From Dehalococcoidia bacterium (GTDB lineage: Bacteria > Chloroflexota > Dehalococcoidia > Lucifugimonadales > JAGWBF01), in the NCBI GenBank assembly GCA_965247295.1, contig CBDFGQ010000008.1, positions 578,227 to 642,226 of the forward strand: 64,000 bases of DNA. The letters run 5' to 3'. This document shows positions 52,592-61,452 of this stretch, piece after piece; within the stretch, counting starts at the first letter, position 1, and each line of letters begins with the position of its first letter. The notes under the pieces are model-generated. The model did no database searches and was not told where the DNA came from. It saw nothing but the letters and a program-made list of their open reading frames with translations. A program made the translations under genes and the position numbers.

Positions 52592-53629
52592 CTAGATGTT
52601 GGCCCGGGTGTCCTGGTAGTTGGGATCCTTTTGGTAGATCTGAATACGGTGTATCCTGGACTCAACGATCAGGATCTTGTAATCATCGCCTACATCCACC
52701 GCCGTCGGCCGGCGCAGATACTTGTCGGGCTCCATGTCCACGCGAGCCTGGGCCTTGACCAGGTCAGGGTTAGCGTCCAGCGTCATCTGATACCAGGGCG
52801 ATGGGTCTCTGGCTTCGCCGACCAGGGTTGCCAGATAGTCTCCGTTAGCCTCGTGCACATTGACGCGGTTATTTCCCCAGTCGGCGATATAGACATCACC
52901 GTCCTTGTCTACCGCTACACCACTGGGGCGAACCAACTCCCCCTTGCCGGTACCTGACCTCCCGAAGGTGAAAAGGTACTCGCCATCGGCAGAGAACTTC
53001 TGCACCCTGTCGTTGCCCCAATCCGCCACATAGATGTTGCCCTCTTTGTCGAGACATATACCCCACGGCAGATCGAACTCGCCCGCCTCCTTGCCATAAC
53101 GGCCAAACTCTCCCAGGAACCCGCCGTCTTTGGTGAACTTCTGCACGCGATGGTTCTTCGTGTCGGCGATGTACAGGTTGTCGCTCTCATCAAAAACGAT
53201 GCCACTGGGGGTGTCAAACTCACCTTCGCCGGAGCCCAGGTCACCCCACTTGCCCAGGAAGGTACCGTCGCTCTTGAACATCACTATGTTGTTACATGGC
53301 TGGTCGGTGACGAAAACGTTCTCATCTCGATCCAAGGCGATGCCACCGGGCCACAGGAACTGACCATCGCCGATGTCACTGACCAGCAGTACCACCGTGC
53401 CCCCTCCAGGGCCGGGAATGCCGATGTCCTGGATCCAGTCATGGTCCAGGGTGACCTTCGTGATTCTATTACCATAGTTGAACTCATCGCCCGCGTTGGC
53501 CACATAGAGTATGTCTCCCCTGCGGGCGACGTCCACAGGCTGTCGGAAGCCCGTCTCAGAATTACTGCCCCGGCCCATGCTGTCCAGGTAAGTAAAGGCA
53601 CGACCTGGCGCTAACGTGGTGACAGGCAT
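52592..53629 (-). CDS. NHL-repeat beta-propeller protein
   Basis: Same repeat pattern; paralog of 51316-52356. Confidence 0.9.
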   Translation of the reverse strand: MPVTTLAPGRAFTYLDSMGRGSNSETGFRQPVDVARRGDILYVANAGDEFNYGNRITKVTLDHDWIQDIGIPGPGGGTVVLLVSDIGDGQFLWPGGIALDRDENVFVTDQPCNNIVMFKSDGTFLGKWGDLGSGEGEFDTPSGIVFDESDNLYIADTKNHRVQKFTKDGGFLGEFGRYGKEAGEFDLPWGICLDKEGNIYVADWGNDRVQKFSADGEYLFTFGRSGTGKGELVRPSGVAVDKDGDVYIADWGNNRVNVHEANGDYLATLVGEARDPSPWYQMTLDANPDLVKAQARVDMEPDKYLRRPTAVDVGDDYKILIVESRIHRIQIYQKDPNYQDTRANI

Positions 53630-53758
53630 GTCGACTTCTCCTGTTTGTTGTTACCCATGCTCCAAGAAGGCCCACGGTCTCCCCATCGTTCGGGGAACCT
53701 GAGCGGGCAGACCTACTTCTGCAGGGAGAGCAAGCGCCCCTTGCACTGCGTGGGCAGG

Positions 53759-54886
53759 CTATCTATCGGCGACAAAGTCAAGCTGTTCGTAGTTGCCATC
53801 GACGATTTCAACGGGATCAAGCCCCATGTGCCGCTCCAGAACGGTAGAGTAGAGGCCTCGGTAGTCATAATTGGGGGCCAGGTCTCCCTCATCCAGGTCT
53901 ACAGCCTTCATAGAGGGGTACTCGGAGTAGTGTCCCCCCTTGACTCCATCGCCTATGGCGAAGGCGACGCCGCCGGCGCCGTGGTCGGTGCCGGAGCCGT
54001 TGTCCCGGACGCGGCGGCCGAATTCGCTGAACATGATCATGACCACGTTGTCGGATGCGTCATGCTCCCTGAGGTCGGTGAAAAAGTCCACAAGGGCCTG
54101 GGACAAATCCCTACACAAATAGTCATGCCAGCCCAGCTGGCCTGCGTGGGTGTCATAGCTAGATTGCTGGGTGTAGAAGAAGCGGGTGCCAAGGTCGGCC
54201 AGGTGGACCATGGCGATGTTGCGGAGCCTCTGAGCGATGGCATTACTGGCGTACTCTACGGAGGAGCTGTACCTTTCGGGGGCAACTCTAAGGATGTCAG
54301 CGCCCTTGAGGGCGTCCAGGCCCGTGTTACTCAAATACTCCATGGCCATGCCACGGCCAATGGCCGGCGAGTAGACACGCGCGAAGGTCTCCAGGGCCTT
54401 GGCCCTCTGGTCATCCTGCGCGATACTCGTCATCAGCCCATAGGTCTCCAGCTGAGAGACGGAGGCCACGGGGACACCGCGAACCGCCAGGGCACGGGGT
54501 AGGCCCTGGCCGAAGTTGACACCGGTCAGGACGTTCTCCTTGTTGGGGTCGACGGCTCTGATAGCCCGGCCGACCCATCCCTCGGTCCCTATCTTGTTGG
54601 GCTCGCAGGTGTGCCAGATGTCCATGGAGCGGAAGTGAGACCTTGATGAATTTTCATAGCCTATCCCATGGATCAGCGCCATCGAGCCCTCATCCCAAAA
54701 CTGCTTGAGGGGCGCCAAGGACGGGTGCAGGCCATATGTGTCGTCAAGGGAGACCATCTGGTCCTCGGGAACCGCCACCCTCTTGCGGTAGTCCCTGTAG
54801 AGGGGATCGGTATGAGGGATTATGGTGTTGAGATAGTCGTTACCGCCCGTAAGCTGCAGTACCACGAGCACTGGATCTTTTGTCAT
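53759..54886 (-). CDS. DUF1501 family protein
   Basis: GGND, RSHF, YDTH, SEFGR, GTDHG. Confidence 0.9.
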   Translation of the reverse strand: MTKDPVLVVLQLTGGNDYLNTIIPHTDPLYRDYRKRVAVPEDQMVSLDDTYGLHPSLAPLKQFWDEGSMALIHGIGYENSSRSHFRSMDIWHTCEPNKIGTEGWVGRAIRAVDPNKENVLTGVNFGQGLPRALAVRGVPVASVSQLETYGLMTSIAQDDQRAKALETFARVYSPAIGRGMAMEYLSNTGLDALKGADILRVAPERYSSSVEYASNAIAQRLRNIAMVHLADLGTRFFYTQQSSYDTHAGQLGWHDYLCRDLSQALVDFFTDLREHDASDNVVMIMFSEFGRRVRDNGSGTDHGAGGVAFAIGDGVKGGHYSEYPSMKAVDLDEGDLAPNYDYRGLYSTVLERHMGLDPVEIVDGNYEQLDFVADR

Positions 54887-54938
54887 TTCACGTTCTCCCC
54901 TCGTACCTTCTGCCGTATTGTATTTATTCGTTACCAGT

Positions 54939-56351
54939 CTAACAGAACTGGTACTCTTTCGAGGCCCCAATCAGCCGCAGGATTTCAGTGCACCGCTGCT
55001 CAAAGGCCTCACGTTCCCCTTCGGAAGTGCCGGGCCCTCCGATCTCGCCCCCGGCCTCCGCGTGCTCTATGTACGCCTGTCTGGTCTCGGGCTCGAGACG
55101 TACGCAACCCAAAAGCTCGAGGCAGTTGTCCACCAGCTCTTCGGCTGAGGAGCTTCCTTTGTCTGCTAGCCTATCGATAATGTATCTCACGCCGGGCATG
55201 CTGGGGTTGCTCACGTTCTCGCTCATGAAGTTGATCCGGCGCACCAGGGAGCCGCTGTCTATCCATTCGTGGCCGGTGTGCCATCCTTCCACGCTTGGTG
55301 GATTCAACAGCTGCTGACCCTGAAAGCCAGTCTCCTGGGACAGTAGCGCCAGCCCGGGTCTAGGCTCCTTGAAATCACCGATCAACCTCATGGTGCCGGC
55401 GACGACTTCGGCCGGGCTTTTCATTTTGGTAAACCAGGTCTCCTCGTCCTTGAAGAAGCCGGAATTAAGGATAAACCGCACCGTGTCCTTGATTTCGTAG
55501 CCCGAATCCCTGAAGACGTCGGCGATAGCCTGGACAGCCTCCGGGTCCTTCGGGGGTTCATCATGCCAGCTTGGCACCTGGACCTCGTCGCTCACGAAGA
55601 AGTTGTAGAGGTGCCGCGCGATGAACCGGTGGGTGGCGGGCTGCTGTACGATGATGTCGATGATGTCCTCGCCATTTAACCTACCACTCTGGCCCAGGAA
55701 GACCTTCTCGCTGTCGTCGTGGTCCTCCTCTTTGTATTCGAACCCCCAGGTATGTGCACGAGCACCAGGGATCTTGGGTGAAAGGGTCCAGCCGGTGAAG
55801 GCACGCGCGGCCACCTTGACGTCGTCCTCGGTATAATTTCCCTGGCCCATACTGAATAGCTCCAGCAGTTCGCGACCCCAGTTCTCGTTGGGGGCGTGTT
55901 TGTGATTCTCGTTGTTGTCCAGCCAGAAGATCATGGCCGGGTCCTTGGCCAGGTTTTTCAACAACTCCTTGTAGTTCCCCAGTCCGTGCTTTCGGAACAT
56001 GGCGAACTGGAGAAGCATCTGTTGGTCGCTCATCACCTTAGCATTGCCGGTGGCGAAGAGCATATGCCAGAACAGGGCCATCTTCTCCACCAACGGCCGT
56101 GGTGTACTGACGATGTGGTATGTAAGGTTGGCCTCGGAATGCTGGTTTGCCGTCGGCCACTCGTATGCCGGGTAGAAGCGGGCCGGCAAAAATTCGTCAA
56201 ACTCGGGGACACCGTGCGCATCCGGGTCCAGGAGTTCCTCTACCGTGGCCTCGTAGCCCTTTGCAGCTTGAGCTTCAAGCAAATCGTAGGGAGCCCCAAA
56301 GCCGGCACGCCGCATCAGGTGAGCGGTCTGGGCGATGTCCTTGCTTCCCAT
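54939..56351 (-). CDS. DUF1800 family protein
   Basis: HLMRRAGFG, FWH, NENWGRELLELF, PPSVEGW. Confidence 0.9.
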   Translation of the reverse strand: MGSKDIAQTAHLMRRAGFGAPYDLLEAQAAKGYEATVEELLDPDAHGVPEFDEFLPARFYPAYEWPTANQHSEANLTYHIVSTPRPLVEKMALFWHMLFATGNAKVMSDQQMLLQFAMFRKHGLGNYKELLKNLAKDPAMIFWLDNNENHKHAPNENWGRELLELFSMGQGNYTEDDVKVAARAFTGWTLSPKIPGARAHTWGFEYKEEDHDDSEKVFLGQSGRLNGEDIIDIIVQQPATHRFIARHLYNFFVSDEVQVPSWHDEPPKDPEAVQAIADVFRDSGYEIKDTVRFILNSGFFKDEETWFTKMKSPAEVVAGTMRLIGDFKEPRPGLALLSQETGFQGQQLLNPPSVEGWHTGHEWIDSGSLVRRINFMSENVSNPSMPGVRYIIDRLADKGSSSAEELVDNCLELLGCVRLEPETRQAYIEHAEAGGEIGGPGTSEGEREAFEQRCTEILRLIGASKEYQFC

Positions 56352-56575
56352 TTAGCTTCCTCCTCACAGCTGGTACGATATTCACGCTGGATTGTCAGGT
56401 TAAAGGTAGTTTACTTTAAATGAGACATTGATATCCTGTCAACGACACGACCTGAGAGCAGATGTCAGGAGATAGTCATTAGAATGCACCAGCTAGCGTG
56501 CACTGAAGAGGAGCACCCTGTGTTCCCTCCTTCAGGGCCGGGGGAGGCGTTCTGTATAATTGGCCGGCGCCGGAC

Positions 56576-58159
56576 TCAGCTGGGAAGCAGAGCGTACTCT
56601 ATGCTGTCGGCCAGGGCTTGCCACGAGGCCTCGATGACGTTGGTGGAGGCGCCCACGGTGCTCCAGCGCCGCGTTCCGTCGGTGGACTCCACCAGGACCC
56701 GCACCACGGCGCCGGTGCCACCCGATCCCTGGTCCACTACGCGCACCCTGTAGTCGGTAAGCTGCACTCTCTCCAGCGCGGGGTAGGCCTGCGACAGCCC
56801 CTTACGTAGCGCACTGTCCAGAGCGTCGACCGGGCCATTGCCCTCAGCCACCGTGTGCGTCACCTCCTCCTCTACTCGGACCCGTACGACCGCCTCGGAA
56901 AGCATGTCCTCTCCATGGGCCTGGCCCGCAGTGCGGCGCCCCTTTTCCGTCACTACCATGTAGTCCACCAGCTGGAATGGCGGGTGGTAGCCCGGCAGGA
57001 AGCGGTGGACCAGGAGCTCGAAGGAGGCCTCAGCGCCTTCGTACTGGAAGCCCCGGCTCTCCAGCTCCTTGAGCTGCGCCAGAAGTTCCTGAATCCGGTC
57101 CCTGGGTACCTTCGCCGAGAGGCCTTTCTCCTGAAGCTTGATGGCGATGTTGCTTCGGCCCGATAGCTCTGAGACGACTACCCGCTTGGAGTTACCTACT
57201 TGCTCCGGAGAGACGTGTTGGTAGCTCTCCTCCACCTTTGCCATGGCCGACGCGTGGAGGCCACCCTTGTGGGTGAAGGCGCTTTCGCCAACGTAGGCCT
57301 GAAAGCGGCTCCGAGGCAGATTGACGAGTTCGCCGACAAAGCGGTGCACCTCCGTCATGTGCTGGAGCTGCTCGTCGGTGACGCAGTCGAGGCCCAGCTT
57401 TAGCTTGAGATTCCCGATGATGGAGAGAAGGTTGGCGTTGCCGCACCTCTCTCCGTAGCCGTTGATAGTGCCCTGCACCTGGATGGCACCTGCCTGGACG
57501 GCGGCGATGCTGTTGGCCACGGCCACCTCCGCATCGTTGTGGCAGTGGATACCCAGGGCCACGGGCACCTCTTCCCTGACCTGGGCCACCACCCGGCGAA
57601 CCGTGTCGGGGAGCGCTCCTCCGTTCGTGTCGCATAGGACCACGTACTCGGCGCCCGCTTCGGCCGCGGCCCGCACGCACGCCAGGGCGTAGTTGGGGTT
57701 TGCCTGGAAGCCGTCGAAAAAGTGCTCGGCGTCGAAGAACACGCGACGCGAGCGCTGGCGCAGGAAGGCGATGGAGTCTCGGATCATCCCCTGGTTCTCC
57801 TCCAGAGAGGTCTCCAGCACCCGCTCTACCTGCATGTCCCATGCTTTGCCCACCAGGGTCAGAACGGGCGCCTCCGAGGCAAGCAGTGCCAGCAGATTGG
57901 CATCCGTATCTGTCGAGCCTCCGGCCCTGCGAGTACTGCCAAAGGCAGTGAGGGTCGCGTGCTTCAGGCTTAGGGCCCGCGCCAGGCGGAAGAACTCATC
58001 ATCCTTGGGATTCGACCCCGGCCAGCCACCTTCAACGAAGTGGACCCCGAGCTCATCAAGCTTCGAGGTGATCCGCAGCTTGTCCTCAACCGACAGGCTT
58101 ATCCCCTCCATCTGGGTCCCATCTCGGAGCGTAGTGTCATACAGCAGTATCTCGCTCAT
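56576..58159 (-). CDS. cimA: Citramalate synthase
   Basis: YDTTLRDGTQ, GGWPGSNPKD, FDAEHFFDG, HCHND, GERCGNA, HKGGLH. Confidence 0.9.
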   Translation of the reverse strand: MSEILLYDTTLRDGTQMEGISLSVEDKLRITSKLDELGVHFVEGGWPGSNPKDDEFFRLARALSLKHATLTAFGSTRRAGGSTDTDANLLALLASEAPVLTLVGKAWDMQVERVLETSLEENQGMIRDSIAFLRQRSRRVFFDAEHFFDGFQANPNYALACVRAAAEAGAEYVVLCDTNGGALPDTVRRVVAQVREEVPVALGIHCHNDAEVAVANSIAAVQAGAIQVQGTINGYGERCGNANLLSIIGNLKLKLGLDCVTDEQLQHMTEVHRFVGELVNLPRSRFQAYVGESAFTHKGGLHASAMAKVEESYQHVSPEQVGNSKRVVVSELSGRSNIAIKLQEKGLSAKVPRDRIQELLAQLKELESRGFQYEGAEASFELLVHRFLPGYHPPFQLVDYMVVTEKGRRTAGQAHGEDMLSEAVVRVRVEEEVTHTVAEGNGPVDALDSALRKGLSQAYPALERVQLTDYRVRVVDQGSGGTGAVVRVLVESTDGTRRWSTVGASTNVIEASWQALADSIEYALLPS

Positions 58160-58223
58160 CTCCGGCTCTCCCTTACTATGGCTTCCTTGGACAGGCTTCA
58201 TCCTACCCGGCGGTCGCTCACTA

Positions 58224-58500
58224 AATAAAACGCCCACCCCCTCAAGGGGCGGGCCTGTAAATGTTCCCGCGGTACCACCCTTATTCCCCCGAAAGCCTCG
58301 GGGACGCTTCACCAGGCGTCATCACGCCCTCGCCCTAATAACGGATGGCGTACCCGGCCAGGTCTACTTACCTCGATAGACCGAGGTGTTCGGCTGGCGG
58401 CTCGGGAGGGATTTTCGGTCGACCTTCACGCACCGGCTTCCACCGGACCCGGCTCGCTGCGGCGCTTCTGGCCGCCTACTCGTCTCCGTCTTCGCCGTTG
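58224..58500 (-). promoter_or_regulatory. T-box riboswitch (likely Ile specifier) with terminator
   Basis: AGTA/GAA loop-E, AGCGAG..GGTGGAA distal motifs, GAAAATC specifier region, AATAAGGGTGGTACCGCG T-box, GC stem + TTTT. Confidence 0.88.
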
Positions 58501-58573
58501 GGGACGACGATAACAGATATGGGGGACCTCAGTCAAGGCAACCACGGCGTTCTCCGAACCGAATGCCCGGTAT

Positions 58574-59503
58574 CTAACGCCTGGCCTGCCGCACTGCCGC
58601 AGCCTTTTCGGCGTCCCTGGCGGCGCAGCGCTCCCACAGCTCCAGTGTCAGCCTGGCCCGCTCATCAACGGGAACGTCGATCATCGTTGTCGTGCCGGGG
58701 TAGGGCACCGCCGCCGTCCCCCGTGCCACGCCCTCCGCGAACAGCCGCCGGGTCTCACCATACAACTCCACCTGTTCAGCTGAGGGCGTGTAGGCGCGGT
58801 TGCACGGCTCTACCCAGGAGGGCTCTGGGCAGATGGCCCCCGCGAAGCCCAGGTTCTTGCCTCGCAAAGCGAAACTATGGATTTCATCGGCGTCATCAGA
58901 CCGTCGAAACAGGCCGTAGGGATGGCTGATGCCCACAGGCTGAATCCTGGCTGCCCTACCTTCGACGATGATGCGCCCCTTGGCGTACACGAAGGGGTCG
59001 AAATCGGGATCGGGGACTATACCCAGGTCTCGGCACAGGTTGATCTCGTCCAGCCCGACAGAGCTGACCCTGGGGCTGGCCTTGACGATCTCTCGAACGT
59101 TCCACACGCCCCTGCCAGAGTCCAGAAGTACCATGATCTGCAACGAGAACTCGGCGATGCCACGGCGCTTCTCCATTTCCGTGAGCAGGGAGTCCGCTTC
59201 CGCCATCTCGCGCCCTGACTCGGCGCCGCAGTAGACGATTCCCCTTAGACCTGGCCACACCGAGGCTTCGATGTCGGCATGGGCGAGCGATCTGTTGACG
59301 CGAACGAAGACCTCGGCGGCACCCCTGGCGGCCATGGGTATGGAGTCCCTGACCTGCCCTCTGGCCGCCGATCTCTCGCCGTCGGGAACCATGTCAGAAA
59401 GGTCCAGTATCACGGAGTCGGCATTGTGAGTCCAGGAATCCTCGACACCCTGCCGATCAACAACCGATACAATCAGGTGAGAGCGACGCACGAAGGAATT
59501 CAT
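58574..59503 (-). CDS. HpcH/CitE-like lyase family protein (degenerate Mg site)
   Basis: RRSHL, DLSD, VRVN, NRAYTPS, MIDVP. Confidence 0.85.
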   Translation of the reverse strand: MNSFVRRSHLIVSVVDRQGVEDSWTHNADSVILDLSDMVPDGERSAARGQVRDSIPMAARGAAEVFVRVNRSLAHADIEASVWPGLRGIVYCGAESGREMAEADSLLTEMEKRRGIAEFSLQIMVLLDSGRGVWNVREIVKASPRVSSVGLDEINLCRDLGIVPDPDFDPFVYAKGRIIVEGRAARIQPVGISHPYGLFRRSDDADEIHSFALRGKNLGFAGAICPEPSWVEPCNRAYTPSAEQVELYGETRRLFAEGVARGTAAVPYPGTTTMIDVPVDERARLTLELWERCAARDAEKAAAVRQARR

Positions 59504-59513
59504 CGGCGGTTGC

Positions 59514-60452
59514 TTACCCTCCCTCTACAGCCATGGTCCGTTCCCTGGCAGCGACCTTCTGGGCATCGCGATCCGCGCACAGTCCTGCCCACTCGATTAG
59601 CTCCTCCGCTCTCGCGGCCTCGTACCTGTCCACAATGCGGCCGTCAAGCTCTCCCACGACCTCGGCTCGGTGGTCCAGCTCTCGGAAGAACTCTAGGACT
59701 CGTTGGGCCCAGACCAACTCGTCGGAAGTCGGCGTAAGCCCACGATTCTGAGGCGCCACGACGTTGGGGTGCAGGCCACCGCCCGACCGGAACCCGGCCC
59801 TCCGGTTGGCCTCAGCCCTGTTGAGTGCGAGGTCCGCGTCGCCGACGTTTCCCGTTGTGTCCGGCACATAGACGCCACCTTCTCGTTCCAGCCCCAGCGC
59901 GAGGGCAATCAGCTCTCCCTCGCCGCGGTTGTAGACGAACTGGTCGAAGCCGACGAACATCTCTATCCCCATGTCCATCGACATATCGTACCCTGTGCCG
60001 CCGCCGAAGGAGTCGATGCGAGAGCTTGCGGAAGCGATCTCATAAGAGTTGACCACGCCGAGGGTCGTTTCGACGGAGACCCCTATCCGCACCGTGCCGG
60101 GCCTGATGCCCCGGATCCGCTCCATCTCGCTAATGAGCTCGTCCAGCTTGCGAATCTGGTCCGCGGTCTCCGCCTTGGGAAAGGCAATCTGTCGCACACC
60201 CGGCCACACCGCAGCCGGAACGTCCGCCTCTGGGTAGGCACAGTTAATCCGTATGTTGATCTCGGACCCGCCCCTCTGACCCTGTGCGATGGCATCGCTG
60301 ATCAGGGTACGGGCATGCTCCTTCTGTGACTGTGGGACCGAGTCCTCCAGGTCGAAGATCAGGAAATCGCAGTCACGCGTCCACGCGCGACCGACGAACC
60401 GGGGATTGTTGATGGGCATGGTCAGGCCCGACCGTCTCACTCGTCTGGACAT
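59514..60452 (-). CDS. HpcH/CitE-like CoA-ester lyase
   Basis: RRS, DLEDSV, IRIN, PKAE, VET, G..YD, HP. Confidence 0.88.
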   Translation of the reverse strand: MSRRVRRSGLTMPINNPRFVGRAWTRDCDFLIFDLEDSVPQSQKEHARTLISDAIAQGQRGGSEINIRINCAYPEADVPAAVWPGVRQIAFPKAETADQIRKLDELISEMERIRGIRPGTVRIGVSVETTLGVVNSYEIASASSRIDSFGGGTGYDMSMDMGIEMFVGFDQFVYNRGEGELIALALGLEREGGVYVPDTTGNVGDADLALNRAEANRRAGFRSGGGLHPNVVAPQNRGLTPTSDELVWAQRVLEFFRELDHRAEVVGELDGRIVDRYEAARAEELIEWAGLCADRDAQKVAARERTMAVEGG

Positions 60453-60489
60453 GTTACTGGTCCCCCTGGTGGAATGATAGGCTGCCGGA

Positions 60490-61452
60490 TTATAAGCCTG
60501 CCGAGGCCTTGGACCGGTCCCTGGCCTGGCATTCCTTCGCCCACTCGATGACCCTCGCCGCTATCGCCGCGCGTGGCGCGTCTGTGGCCTCGCCGTCGAC
60601 AAGAGCGGCCGATTTGCCACTAACCCGGGCCTCGCCGAAGGCATCGACCGTCGCCATGGCCCACGCCGTCTCCTCGGCAGAGGGCGTGAAACCTACGTTC
60701 AATGCCTCCACCTGGTGGGCTCTCATGCACAGTGCGCCCCGGGATCCGGCTCGCCGTCCGGTGGTTGCGGCCTCAAGGGTTGCCTGGTAGCTGGCCACCA
60801 GACCCCGGGAAGTAGCACGCCACCATGCCCCAATGGGCTGCACATTTGTGGCGTAGGCAATGATAATCAATCTTTGCATCAGGTAGGGCATCAGGTGCAG
60901 GTCTCCCGCAGGCTCCACGCGCAGGTCCATCACCAGGTCGGCGCGTCCGAGGCTGACCGACTTGATCCGGCCGCTGGCCCGAATGAGGTCCATCGCGTCC
61001 CAGTTGCCGCGCGCGGTGTCGAGACAGAGGTGTATCTCCAGTTCCCGCTCAGGGCCTCTGGGATCATCTGCCTCACGGACCTCACCGACTGCCGCCGGCT
61101 TGACCACGCCCCGCTCCGCTTCGAGCCGGCCCAGAATCTGGTCCGCCTCTCTCACCTGGTCCGCACTGGTGACCCCGGGAAGTACCACACCCGTCAAACC
61201 GGGCCACACCGAGGCCGCCAGGTCGGCATACATCAGCTCGACATCCAGCCGAACGAAGACCTCGGCCCCTCGACCCCGCATCTGGCTGGTGGCGCCCGGT
61301 ATGTTCTCTCGGGCCCGATCCTTTCTCTTATCGTGGACGGTGTCTTGCAGATCCAGCACGACGACGTCGGCGGACGAATCGGCAGCTTGCGTTAGTGCGT
61401 CCGCATCGTGGGCCGGGACAATCAGCCAGGAGCGTCGGACCTGGGGGTTCAT
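60490..61452 (-). CDS. HpcH/CitE-like lyase family protein
   Basis: RRSWL.VPA, DLQDTV, VRLD, GRADL, FTPS. Confidence 0.85.
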   Translation of the reverse strand: MNPQVRRSWLIVPAHDADALTQAADSSADVVVLDLQDTVHDKRKDRARENIPGATSQMRGRGAEVFVRLDVELMYADLAASVWPGLTGVVLPGVTSADQVREADQILGRLEAERGVVKPAAVGEVREADDPRGPERELEIHLCLDTARGNWDAMDLIRASGRIKSVSLGRADLVMDLRVEPAGDLHLMPYLMQRLIIIAYATNVQPIGAWWRATSRGLVASYQATLEAATTGRRAGSRGALCMRAHQVEALNVGFTPSAEETAWAMATVDAFGEARVSGKSAALVDGEATDAPRAAIAARVIEWAKECQARDRSKASAGL

